Shown here: positions 33,511-45,707 of the stretch, one piece after another
Position numbering within the stretch: position 1 is the first letter of the stretch
How the letters are laid out: each line of letters starts with the position of its first letter
NCBI GenBank assembly: GCA_030141605.1
Contig: JAQGDQ010000413.1
Location: 124,001-188,000 of the forward strand
Origin: Tubiluchus corallicola
Lineage: Eukaryota > Animalia > Priapulida
DNA length: 64,000 nucleotides
Reading direction: 5' to 3'
Notes under the pieces: model-generated
What the model was told of the DNA's origin: nothing
The model's input: only the letters and a program-made list of their open reading frames with translations
Databases searched by the model: none
Position numbers and translations under genes: made by a program

Positions 33511-34331
33511 CATACAGACGCACCCAGACACCAGACACAAATACTCAGGACAGATCATTAAATGAACAATACACAGGGGGAGGTATCACACCCAATAAAA
33601 GTTACACATTTAAATTTATAAAGGATAATAAGAAAGCAATGTAATTTGAATCATTGCTTTTAAGAGTTTTGTCAGTATTAAAATATTAAAATATGGCTGG
33701 TACAGGCTGTGTCAATGTAGCAGTGTATATTATAACTATACATTATACATGTAACTGGTATTTTGATTTGCATAATGTATGTACGTGTTTTTGTAGCACG
33801 TAAGCCGTTTTAGTTTGCGACAAAAGCGACTGATTTTGAGTCTTTTCATCTTCTTCTGTGCAACGATTCGCCGCCATGTTTGTGCAACTCAAACTGAAAA
33901 GGAAATGTAAGCAGCGTAAAGTATATTTTGATTAACATGAAAACTGGGCAATGTTTTTAAATGCAGAGAAATGTATTTTTAATCTGCTATTTGCTATTGT
34001 CGACAAACGCGTGAACAAGATTGTGTATTGATTGCTTTAAAAGTGCAGATGCAAACGTGCCGCCACGGAACAGAGCTAAGAGAACAATATTATGAAACTT
34101 TTGCGTGAAAGAACCGACGAATAATGATTAAAGTGCATGTTAACACTTTTCTATTAATCAAATCTTAAATGAAAGGGCAAGTCACTTAGCATATTGCGCT
34201 CATTTAACTGTTATCACTTAAACTTAGAAGAATTCAGCAATGAAATTTGCATAAAAACTTTCTATAATGCATAAAGTTCATTTATACTACAGCTGTATAA
34301 TAATTTTCAAGCGCGATGGTAGCCGCTATTC

Positions 34332-34411
34332 AACCTAGCCACTGGGGGGGGGGGGCAAACCAGCCCAACTCAGTGCCGGTCCCAAGCCCGGATAAATAGG
34401 GAGGGTTAGGG
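34332..34411 (+). ncRNA. Twister self-cleaving ribozyme core (type P1 with P3 arm), copy 1
   Basis: AA (34332-33); P2 CCUA/UAGG (34334-37 / 34397-400); T2 GC/GC (34338-39 / 34386-87); P3 CACUG/CAGUG (34340-44 / 34371-75); P4 CCGG/CCGG (34376-79 / 34388-91); L4 UCCCAAGC; AUAAA; GAGGG (34401-05). The core string matches the O. sativa twister as recalled. Confidence 0.88.
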
Positions 34412-34820
34412 TCAGGAAGGGCATCCGCCTGTAAAAACTGCGCCAAAGCCTTCTATGAATGAGTCGGTGAGACTTAAAGGTAAAGTCCACAAAGAAGTGG
34501 TCAGACCCGCTCTAATTTATGGGCTGGAAGCAGCTTCTCTAAAGAAGACCGAAGAGAAGAAAATGGGTGTGGTGGAGATGAGGATGTTGAGATGAATGGT
34601 GGGAATAACAAGAAGAGATAAAATTAGAAATAATAATATCAGAGGAACAGCAAAAGTAGTGGAAGCCTCACAAGATTGCGATGGTATGGACACCTGAAAA
34701 GAAGAGTCTGTGAAGATCTTGTGGGAAGGGAAGACATAAATAAAGAGATGGTCAACAACAGGAGTGCGTGGAAAAGACTCATTCACAACGGCGACCCCGA
34801 ATAGGGAAAAGCTGGGAAGA
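34332..34820 (+). mobile_element. Non-autonomous, internally deleted RTE-derived retroelement with twister head, copy 1
   Basis: TSD ATGGTAGCCGCTATTC(A) at 34316-34331/2 and 34821-34836/7; RTE 5' UTR motif GTCAGGAAGGGCATCCG..TAAAA; RTE C-terminal coding remnants; GAAGA end. Confidence 0.92.
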
Positions 34821-36114
34821 ATGGTAGCCGCTATTCACTTGAAAGTTATGACGTAACTGGTGGACTTCGTGATTTTTCGTAAGCGCATCGCGGCTTTCGG
34901 GTAAGTGTGCCCTGCGTTAATTAATTCAAACTTTTGCAACTTCCTAAAGTTCATGCAAAAATGTCACAAAATTAGCTGTTTAATTTATTGTAAAAATCTT
35001 TTGATGGAAATTGACAGTGCATTGACTTTTCTTCAGCCTATGAATGACGTCACTGTGGGAAGAATGGACATTCAAAATGGGGGGACATCCCAAGAGTGAA
35101 GGGGTCGTCACCTTAATGCTTTAAAGTGATTTTACTAATTACACGAATTTGTTTCGCACACTTTTATTACTAAATGCTTGCAACATTTTTCACGAACGTT
35201 GAAATAAGCCCAACTTCCCGGAAGGTTTGGTGTTTCCTTTAAGGAAATTGTACAAATTGTACAAATCACTGAAAATGATCAAACGACGACGAAACTAATA
35301 AATTGTCGGTACCAACATCTTTTAGAACTTTAATGCCGTTTACATAAGTTCTCGCTAACGTCAGAGAGATCTACAAGCCTAAAACATAAAATACTTAGTC
35401 AAAAAAGGGTTAAACTGCTATACAGTTCGCAGCAAATTATCACAAATAATTACAATACTAAAGCTCTCTTCTGAAATATTGCATCCTTTCTATTGTGATC
35501 GGCAAGTTTTCTTGTCATGTTGGATTTAAAGCACAAGAAAACCCTCCACTTGCATAAAGCTTAAAAAATTCGTCTCGAAATTTTCTACCACTTACCTACT
35601 GCCTTTTTGTATGCAGGGTTTGCATCGGCCGTAACGCTGTATAAAACGTGTAAATTTAAACTCCCGCGATGACCGTTAGGCGCAGCCATTTTTATGGTAG
35701 GTTGTTTGAAACAAGTTTTGATAACATTAAGTAAAGTTTGAAAAAATAATCAGAGCATTCATAGCATACATGTTGCTAATTAAGTAAAATTTTGGGTTAT
35801 AATTTAACATTGCCTTTTCTTTTCCTGATTTGCGTGGCGTAGTGACGTCATGTAATGGCGCCGTCGGAACAGTATTGCGGGAGATTTAAAATGAAAACAA
35901 ACTAAAATTTCTTTCAACGCGAGTACGATATGTGCATAAAATTACAGTAAAGTAATATAAATTTTTTAAGGCGGTTTTTCTGAAACCTACATCAGGCGCC
36001 CCCTTTCTTGTCCTTGAAGCATAATCCCGATTTTGGCCAATTTTTTGTTGAGGGTGTACCTGAAACCGTTATCTAACAGAATCTGAAGTGAAAATTTCTA
36101 TTGCAATTTGTTCT

Positions 36115-36195
36115 AGGCACCCCGTTACTAGGAACTATCTTTACCCACCCAAACCAGGCACCCCGTTACTAGGAACTATCTTTACCCACCTAAAC
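36115..36195. repeat. ~41-bp tandem duplication
   Basis: AGGCACCCCGTTACTAGGAACTATCTTTACCCACC occurs twice. Confidence 0.9.
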
Positions 36196-37049
36196 CTAGC
36201 CGGCTCACTGTATTCGGTTAAACAGTAAGACTCTAAACGCTGCATTGTGAGCGCTAAATTGCCACTTCTTGACAGAAATTATTTAAATTAAAAGAAACTG
36301 CGTATATGCTCTGTGAATACATCGCATAAAGCGCCACCTACAACGATGACTCTTCTGGGTACAGCACAATGCGACCCACTCTCGTCACTACTCTTCAAAC
36401 TGTTTGCGTTTTACTTCATACACACGATTACATTGTGATTTTTTCCCTTCGCGGTTACTGCAAATACTGGAGGTTGCCAGACAATGGAAGCCCTGAGCCA
36501 CTTGTATAAACATGTTCTGTTTCTTCTTCTGATGGGAATCCGGCGTGTGTTACCAGCGTCTGGGACAGACCCTGACGAGTGTCCAATAACTGCCGTTATT
36601 ATGTTTGATAATATTCCATCTTTGTTGGCAAGGATCGTTGGGTTTACTTAATGTAATTAGCATGGCAATTGGCTACTGGACAATAGGCCTTTACCAGGTT
36701 TTAGAATGCTCGCTCCTAGGTAGCGTTTCTCATTACGCCTTTGCCTACTTAATTAAAAACAAATATTTAAGGTTTGATGTCAAAATACTCCCGTTAAATA
36801 TGTGTACATGCGTTCACCTGAGTACATATTAGGGCCTCGTGAAAGATGCTTAGGAAAAGATAGATCACCACAGCTCGTGAATTAGCTGTTCAAACATAAT
36901 AACGATGACATTTTACAATAGTTACTAAATGATGGAAAATAGATTTAATGGTTCATGTATATCTCCTTTATCAATACACTAGTCTTACAATAATACTATA
37001 AAATATATAATGATGATATGCCTAGTGATGGGTAATATAATTTATATGT

Positions 37050-37330
37050 CTGTTAAAACTCTTAAAGTGAAAGAAATATATGACATGTATTGTCTTCATT
37101 TCATGTATCAGTATCATAATTCACTACTTCCACCAACTTTTCAATCATATTTCAGTCCAGTTTCAAATCAACATGATCATTACACAAGATATTCAGTCGG
37201 AAACTATGTACTCCCTCTTCCAAAAACAAATATAATGAAACAGTCATCAAAATATAATGCTATTAAAATATGGTCATCACATATATGGAACACATACAGT
37301 AACATTAACAAAATGAATTAGGCCAAAATA
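37050..37330 (+). mobile_element. L2/Crack-type LINE ORF2 C-terminal fragment
   Basis: LKVKEIYDMYCLHFMYQYHNSLLPPTFQSYF...HDHYTRYS..NYVLPLPKTNIMKQSSKYNAIKIW. Confidence 0.85.
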
Positions 37331-38681
37331 TAAAGAAAAGAAAAAAAATCACAGACACTGTATCAAAAGAACAACACAAACTAATTATGTAGTATAATCC
37401 TCTAAGATGAGACACTGGACACTTCAGTTGCTTTAGCCACATTCTGTATGCATAGACTTATACTATACCAAATGTTGATGCCGTTATGGGGATATGTCAC
37501 ATAATGAGAGATGTGAGTGGCAGTGTGGCATTCAAAAATCCCCATGGAGGTCACCCATTCATTTACTAGTCAGGCTCGTCGTTCTAAGCCAAGCATATCG
37601 TGACCACTCAGCTGTTTCTCATTTCTTAAACATGATGGAATCTCATCAAGATTGATTTAACTTCATATAATCTCCGATTTGTTGCTTTAATGCCTGTTTG
37701 TCACGTTTTGCTGCAGCGGTTTGTTCTTCATTTTCTTACAACTCAGAGACGTAGGACTGTTGAACAAAACTCTAGGACAAAGTAATTTGTTGTAACATTA
37801 TCTCTATTCTCCGTAAGCGTGAAAAAGCCAGGTAAATTACGAGAAATGTGACCGGAAAAACACATGCAGACGAAATAAAATTTCCTCACACCTGTATCAT
37901 TAACGCAGACGCTATTGTTAGATAATGCACGTATCAAACTAAGCACAAATCACACCTCATACAAGACGTGATAATTCAATAAGGTTATTAGCAATTAATG
38001 TATCGGAGATGAATGGGCCCTCATCTAAACTGATTTACCTTTTCAATGCGAGATCTGCTTAATCACCAGCCGCTGTTATTTTGGTTTCATTTTCGCAGCC
38101 GTCAAAAGAGCACTCTCGTTGGAGAACCCGGCCAGGTATAGACAATGACATTATGCAGATGTGGCCGCACGCAACCTGGGGAGAACCATAATGGTTATGA
38201 TTGCATAGACAGCATGCAATAATTGTTCAGTTAGGAATAATTCTTTACTAAATCGGGAGCTCAACTGTTGCAATTAGGCGTGAACAGTGTGTGCTCGGGG
38301 TGTCAATTTGCGTGCGCTGTGCAGGCGCGTGCTGCTACATCTGCATACCTGATTTAGGCACAGAATGGTTTTGCGTGAAAATCGGAAATTAATATTAATT
38401 CAGCGCCTTTAAACACAGTTTTTCTTGCCGTTGCCGTAACAGTGTACAACCGTGACCTTCAGTAGTTGTGAAGTAAGATCCATGTTGCATAGGCTCCCTA
38501 TCACAACACTTGTAACCTGTAGATTATTAACACATTGAAGTAGCCAATTAGCAACGGTTTCTCATTAATACATTTAATCTATGTTTACAGGCTACCCGCC
38601 AGTTTACTAGCGTAGTTCATTACCTGTGAGTTGCTGTAGTCAACGTGTTAATCAAAGCAGTTAACACATTATAACAGGTAA

Positions 38682-39751
38682 CATTTCCATATATTCCTTT
38701 CCTTTTATTCATTCATTCATTCGTTCGTTCGTTCGTTCATTCGTTCGTTCATTCGTTCATTTATTCATTCGTTCATTCGTTCATTCGTTCATTCATTCAT
38801 TCATTCATTCGTTCATTCGTTCATTCGTTCATTCGTTCATTCATTCATTCATTCATTCATTCATTCATTCATTCATTCATTCATTCATTCATTCGTTCGT
38901 TCGTTCGTTCGTTCATTTATTCATTCGTTCATTCGTTCATTCGTTCATACATTCGTTCCTTCATTCGTTCATTTGTTTGTTCATTCGTTCGTTCGTTCGT
39001 TCGTTCGTTCATTTATTCATTTATTTATTTATTCATTTATTCGTTTGTTCATTCGATCATTCGTTCATTCGTTCATTTATTCATTTATTTATTTATTCAT
39101 TCGTTTATTCATTCATTTATTCACTGATTCAATCATTTATTAATTTATTTGGAGTGAACGAACTGTAAAAGATCAAAAGAATGAATGAATGAACGAATGG
39201 GAGAAAAAATGAAGAAAAAAGGAGACAGAGAAGAGCGAAAGGAAGCAGGAAGGAAGAGAATATAGAAAAATTAATTATAGAGATAGCAAATTAATAATCT
39301 ATTAGTTAAACATTTGTGTTCGTAGTTTATCAGTTAATCCGTCAGTTAGTATGCATGTAAGTCAGCCAGCCATTTGGTTGGTCAGTTGATCGGTCGGCTG
39401 GTCGATCAACCAGTCACTCAGTTCGTCATTTAGTCGATTAGCCAGTCAGTTAGAAGAATTGCAATAGCACGGTTATAACAAAACGATATAGTATATATAG
39501 TAGTTGAGTGAATGAATGAATGAATGAATGAACGAACGAGTGAACGAATGAACAAATGAATAAATGAATGAAGGAACGAACGAACGAACGAACGAACGAA
39601 CGAACGAACGAACGAACGAACGAACGAACGAACGAACGAACGAACGAACGAACGAACGAATGAACGAATGAACGAATGAACGAATGAATGAATGAATGAA
39701 TGAATGAATGAATGAGTGAATGGATGAATGAATGAACGAACGAAAGAACGA

Positions 39752-39782
<31 letters not shown>

Positions 39783-39818
39783 AACGAATGAATAAAGGGA
39801 AACGAATATATGGAAATG
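38682..39818. repeat. Inverted pair of (TTCA/TTCG)n and (GAAT/GAAC)n microsatellites with inverted unique flanks
   Basis: CATTTCCATATATTCCTTTCCTTTTATTCATTC (from 38682) vs the reverse complement of 39786-39818, CATTTCCATATATTCGTTTCCCTTTATTCATTC. Confidence 0.85.
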
Positions 39819-39832
39819 GAAATGATTGAATA

Positions 39833-39871
<39 letters not shown>

Positions 39872-41321
39872 CGAATATAGCGTATAGTTTCTGGCATAGC
39901 TACTGCTACTGTTTCTTCTCCTTGACGGTGGCGCCGCCCTTGTGGAGCAGTCAATTATATCGATATGCAGTAGGGATGATGTAAGACGACCGAGCAGCTG
40001 TTAAATTGCGCTGACAATGAAAAAGTTGTTTTGAGAATTTCTCGCCAACCAATCTTGATGACTGTTATGTAGCCAGCCATTGTCAACGGTGCTTACCAAC
40101 CGCGGCAATTGAAAAGCGAACATGGAAACTACATTACAGGTCATCTACTAGTATTGACCCATCTATGCAAGAACATATTTAAAGCCTGTATAGCAAACGC
40201 TTTCACCAAACTACAATCGAACTTACATGTAAACTTGTTGCGGGGTATTAAATCGTTCAACTCGCATAGTGCTATTGATCAGATTTCGGTTATTACCAAT
40301 AAAGCTAGTGGTTTTACAAGAAAAGCTCCGTGTCTTACAACTTGGGACCCAATTCCATCTGCCGAGGCTTGGAGCTTAGAAGCCATTGTTAGTGCTCCTC
40401 GGCCGACAGCTCTGCTGAACAATAGCCAGCATTTACAGAAGCAAGCTGGAAGGTTTAGCTCTGCTTTGGAACATTGGCCACTCAATTGGCGCTAGATTTC
40501 AGTGCACTAATGGATGTATTGTGGCCTATCAACGGCTTGGTTACCCTTAGTTCAACTGCAGCTCGAGACAAACGCAACTGCAATATCTAACGTCTTGGCT
40601 ATAGAGATCCTAGACAGAAACACAAAACTAAAATGGGTGAAATTAAACGATAAAAAATCGATATATTTCATGGTAGCAAGTTTACTTTAACATTTAATCA
40701 CTTTATTCATAGAAACTTTTCATTCCCGTTCGTATAACTACCAGCCTCCTACTACGATGAGTCTGCCCCTCTTCCCCCTTTTGCCCCTTTCGCATAATGG
40801 CTAGTTGTAGACGGTCACGCTTATGTACTAAAGAATGAATGGAAAACGCCCAAACTTCCATTTTTGGTATAATATTAATGTGAGGAAATGCCCCTCGATG
40901 CTTTTAACTGCAGCAATATTCGCAGACTCTTCTTCTGCATTTGCTCAGGATTGGTCATCGGGACAAAGAAATTCGACTTATGGTGTTTCAACAATATGCG
41001 TTTCTTTTCAGCTCAATGGCCGAACATGACCATGTGGTTAATGATGTAAATACGCAAATTTCAATAGCTATATAGTTTTTGAAATTTCTATGGAAGGGAG
41101 TAATACAATAAGTAAAGTCGAACCACGATAGCGTTGCCCCTAGCAATGTAGTAAACTAAACAAAAGTCCAACCCCTATACATGGGCTTTTAGACGGAAAT
41201 GCGCTCTGTAATGCAAGCACCAAAAATTATGACTAATGAAATTTTCGCGGGTTTTGTACTATTAATGTTTTACGTAATAACTCCTAATAAGGAAAGCAAA
41301 ATCAATCAGCAAATTTGTTAG

Positions 41322-41740
41322 TCGCACAGTTAGTCAGTCGGTCAAATGGTTGGTCAATGGTCAGTCAGTTAATTAGTCAGTCAGTCAGTCAGTCAGTCAG
41401 TCAGTCAGTCAGTCAGTCAGTCAGTCAGTCAGTTATATAGTGAATCAGTCAACTAGTTTGTTAATCGCACAGTTAGTCAGTCAGTCAGTCAGTCAGTCAG
41501 TCAGTCAGGCAGTCTGTCAGTTATTTAGTGAGTCAGTCAAATAGTTTGTCAGTCGCACAGTTAGTCAGTTAGTTGGTGTGTCAGTCAGTCAGCAAGATGG
41601 TCGGTCGGATAATCAGTCAGTCAGTCAGTCAGTTATTTAGTGAATCAGTCAACTAGTTTGTTAGTCGCACAGGTAATCAGTTGGATAGTTGGTGTGTCAG
41701 TCAGTCAGCAAGGTGGTCGGTCGGTTAGTCAGTCAGTCAA
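41322..41740. repeat. (TCAG)n compound repeat with duplicated sub-blocks
   Basis: Direct observation; GTCGCACAG/ATCGCACAG recurs four times. Confidence 0.9.
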
Positions 41741-42939
41741 GGTATTCATCAATTACCGAACAACAAATGAGTTTATGAATATTTTACCAGTTTCAACGGC
41801 TTCTAAACTGTTAAACTGAGATGCATATTGCAACGTAACGTAACGCAGTGTAATGTAATAGAGTGTAATATAATTTAGCGTAAGCTATTGCATTTTGATG
41901 TTCTGCATGCAAAGTAATGTAATGGTAAAGTAATACATGTTTCTCGTGTATGAACATGATGATGATGACAACATATCAGCTGCTTATATTAGTGATTTAT
42001 GTAACGCCTATTCAAGAATTTCAGTTTAATTTAGCAACGCAGAAAATGCTTAGGGCACAAAATATCGAAATAGCTTTATTAAAATAAAAAAAACCCTTAC
42101 ATGTTGCACCTGCATTTCTGTAGAGAATTGGAACGTATAATGGGTCAGAAATCATCGTACCCATACACTTTTTGTTGCACTGCCCATTGTATTAACAAAC
42201 TAGAATTGTTAAGTTTGATAAATTAAATGAAATACTTCTGCCTGAAAACCTTAGCATAGCTCCTTAGGAACTAATGATCTGTTGAAGTTGTTATTATTCG
42301 GAAAAGATGAATTAAATAGTCTTAAATATTCGTACATTCATATTTTCTAACCGTCATTTTCTACTAATGTCTAATGTAATCTTGTAGTAAAACTTGTCAG
42401 CTTGTGTAGTTATAGTTTATTCTTACTGTAAATGTTTTTGTAAATAGTGTATAAAGTCTGTTGTGGTGAGGATCCTAAATCATGTTGTTCAAACTGTCTG
42501 ATCCAATCCTAAATAAATTGTGTTTAAACTTAAACTTACACACCAGTTCTGTTTATTACTACTGTAACAGTGGTGTGACGTTGCGATTTTGAAATTTGTG
42601 TTAGCGGTTTTAGAGTCATCTATTCAATAAATGTTCATTTCATTTCTTTTTCCTTCTTCTTTAATTGTTTCTAGTGCAGCATTCTGTTGCTACAGTTTTG
42701 TTACACCTATATTAGTTTTCCATTCTAATGTGTTTAATTTTTTTGTAAACTGCATATAAATGTCCTGCTCATGTCACAAATCTGCCACAGTGTTCCTAAT
42801 TAAGACTTCAGTATTATTTAAGAGTGAGGGATGGATGCTCAGTGACTTGTCTCTCTTACTAATTATGTAATCCCATATTAACTTTTTTTCTTAAATATGA
42901 AGCAATATAATTTCATTTCAATTCTTCACGCTCCAGTTT

Positions 42940-43440
42940 TCTCTTCTCTTCTCTTCTCTTCTCTTCTCTTCTCTTCTCTTCTCTTCTCTTCTCTTCTCTT
43001 CTCTTCTCTTCTCTTCTCTTCTCTTCTCTTCTCTTCATTTTCTTCTCTTTGTTTTCCCCTTTCTCTGCTCCCTCCACTCTCTTCCCTTCATTCCATTCCG
43101 TTTCCTTCCTTTTTGATCCATCCATCCATCCATCCATCCATCCATCATCCATCCATCCATCCATCCATCCATCCATCCATCCATCCATCCATCCATCCAT
43201 CCATCCATCCATCCATCCATCCATCTGTCCATACATGATCCATTCGTCGTCAATTAGTCAGTCAGTCAGTCAGTCAGTCCGTCCGTCCATCCGTCCATCC
43301 GTCCATCCGTCCATCCGTCCATCCATCCATCCATCCATCCATCCATCCATCCATCCATCCATCCATCCATCCATCCATCCATCCATCCATCCATCCATCC
43401 ATCCATCCATCCATCCATCCATATATATCCATCCATCCAT
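42940..43440. repeat. (CTCTT)n and (ATCC)n microsatellites
   Basis: Direct observation. Confidence 0.95.
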
Positions 43441-43896
43441 TTCTTTCTCTCTCTTTTTCTTTCTTCTTGAGCTCTTTTCTCCTTCCTCCTTTGCTTTTCT
43501 CTCTCGCTCTTTTACTCATCACCATCCCTCTTGGATTAAATAAACCTCAGTCGGTTTATTTTTGTTAGTAAAGTTAACTCAATTATGTTTAATGAAAACA
43601 TGGCGAAATAGAATGAAAATATGAACAAGCAGGTGCACCAACAGCCCATTATTTTGTTTATTAAATTCGACCGAGTTGAAATGAAATTTCACGCCAGGTG
43701 TTTCACAATGTCAGCATCTAATCTATTGTAACTGGTTTTGTCATTTTAACTCTTTTGCTTAGTGATAAAAATCTTTAGTTTTCGCTTTATATGCTTACAC
43801 CTTAACGTACAACGGAACCACTACTGATAATCAGAAGATATTACGACACTTCTTTCTCAATTTAATTATAAATTTATAGGGGTTGCCTTTAAATTT

Positions 43897-44496
43897 GCCT
43901 TCCTTTGCAAATCCCATTACAGCAAATCCTAAACATTACTTTACAAGGTTCAACAGATATCATGTCCCTTACTGTCGTACTAATAGTGCCAGGCACTTTA
44001 CTAAATTCACAGCCCCCAATAACTGGAATAAAATAAGTGCCCAAGTAAAAATACACAAAACTGTTTATAGTTTCAAAAAGTACTTGAAAAGGACCATTTT
44101 TGATTCATACTTATAATACAATTTTAATGCATCCATCTCTCATGCAGTCGCAATATATGGCCTCCAATCAATTATAATGCTATTTTAATATTCCTCTATG
44201 TAAATTAAACATACACTGTGGTCGTTTCTTCTCCTCCCTTCCTTCTTCCTATCCCTAATCTTACTATTTTTTCCATTCCATCATGTCTACTAACCCTAAC
44301 CATTCTTTAATTCACTCATTTGTGCCACTTTAACAAGCCAAGCTTTCAAGGTGTCATACAGCAACTCTTTTATTTTGTTAATTTGACTTCATCAACGTTT
44401 TTTACCTATACTGTTTCTTTTTGTTTCAATAATATTGTATGTTGATGTATTGTGTATGTATTACTGGAGTGAAATAAATTGATTGATTGATTGATG
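43897..44496 (+). mobile_element. 5'-truncated L2/Crack-type LINE flanked by an 85-bp direct repeat
   Basis: HYFTRFNRYHVPYCRTNSARHFTKFTAPNNWNKI...YSFKKYLK*; 3' UTR hairpin; AATAAA(TTGA)n tail; direct repeat at 43812-43896 / 44497-44581. Confidence 0.85.
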
Positions 44497-45009
44497 ACGG
44501 AACTACTAGTGATAATCAGAAGATATTACGACACTTGTTTCTCAATTTAATTATAAATTTACAGGAGTTGCCTCTAAATTTTAATAGCAGTAATATGGCA
44601 GTGTATTGACATTGTGATTACGTGATTCTCATAGGAAGCTTTCCGCTGTTATTTCGTTTAAATTTTAAAATTGAAAAGGCACGTTATTGATTTTAATCAC
44701 CATTAAGATTAACATAATAGTGATGCACCGGTATCTTGTCCGTCCAGTGGCTTCCGTTTCTTTATTGTTTCTTCCGGCACCTGTTTCGTACCCTAATTTC
44801 ATTTTATGAAAAAATACAGGTAAGATCTAAATTAAATCAACGACGGAAATTTGTTAACAATAAAGAAGCGGCGCTGCATAATGTGAGAAAGGTGAGTTTT
44901 GGTGATGGATATAGGGCACCTTCAACTCTTGGTTACTAAAGAAATTGACGAAGCGTCCAGGATTTCTCATTTTGCTTCTGAGAGCACTAGTAAGGCTTAT
45001 GTTTAGATA

Positions 45010-45480
<471 letters not shown>

Positions 45481-45647
45481 TTAAGATGTACTGCAATGAG
45501 TTGCGAATGTTTTCAATTCTGCTAATGCCAACACCGCCACTCCCACTCTACTAATGACGTCTCATTTCAAATTAAACAAACGACAGATTTATGTATCACC
45601 ATCTATGTAAGTAGTTAAGAGTAAGTACGACTATATTATAAAAAAAT

Positions 45648-45707
45648 AGAAACATTAAGTAAAAGTGATATATATATATTTCTATATCACTTTTACTTAA
45701 TGTTTCT
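45648..45707. repeat. Perfect 25-bp inverted repeat with 10-nt spacer
   Basis: AGAAACATTAAGTAAAAGTGATATA / TATATCACTTTTACTTAATGTTTCT. Confidence 0.92.

Noticed and set aside
32258-33565. Periodic 21-aa ORFs, or a CRISPR-like array
   Set aside because: Head-to-tail 63-bp monomers with no unique spacers and no cas genes; scattered stops; eukaryotic context.
35655-35890. Imperfect inverted repeat TTTAAACTCCCGCGAT / ATTGCGGGAGATTTAAA
   Set aside because: Probably internal to an old MITE, but no boundaries or TSD could be defined.
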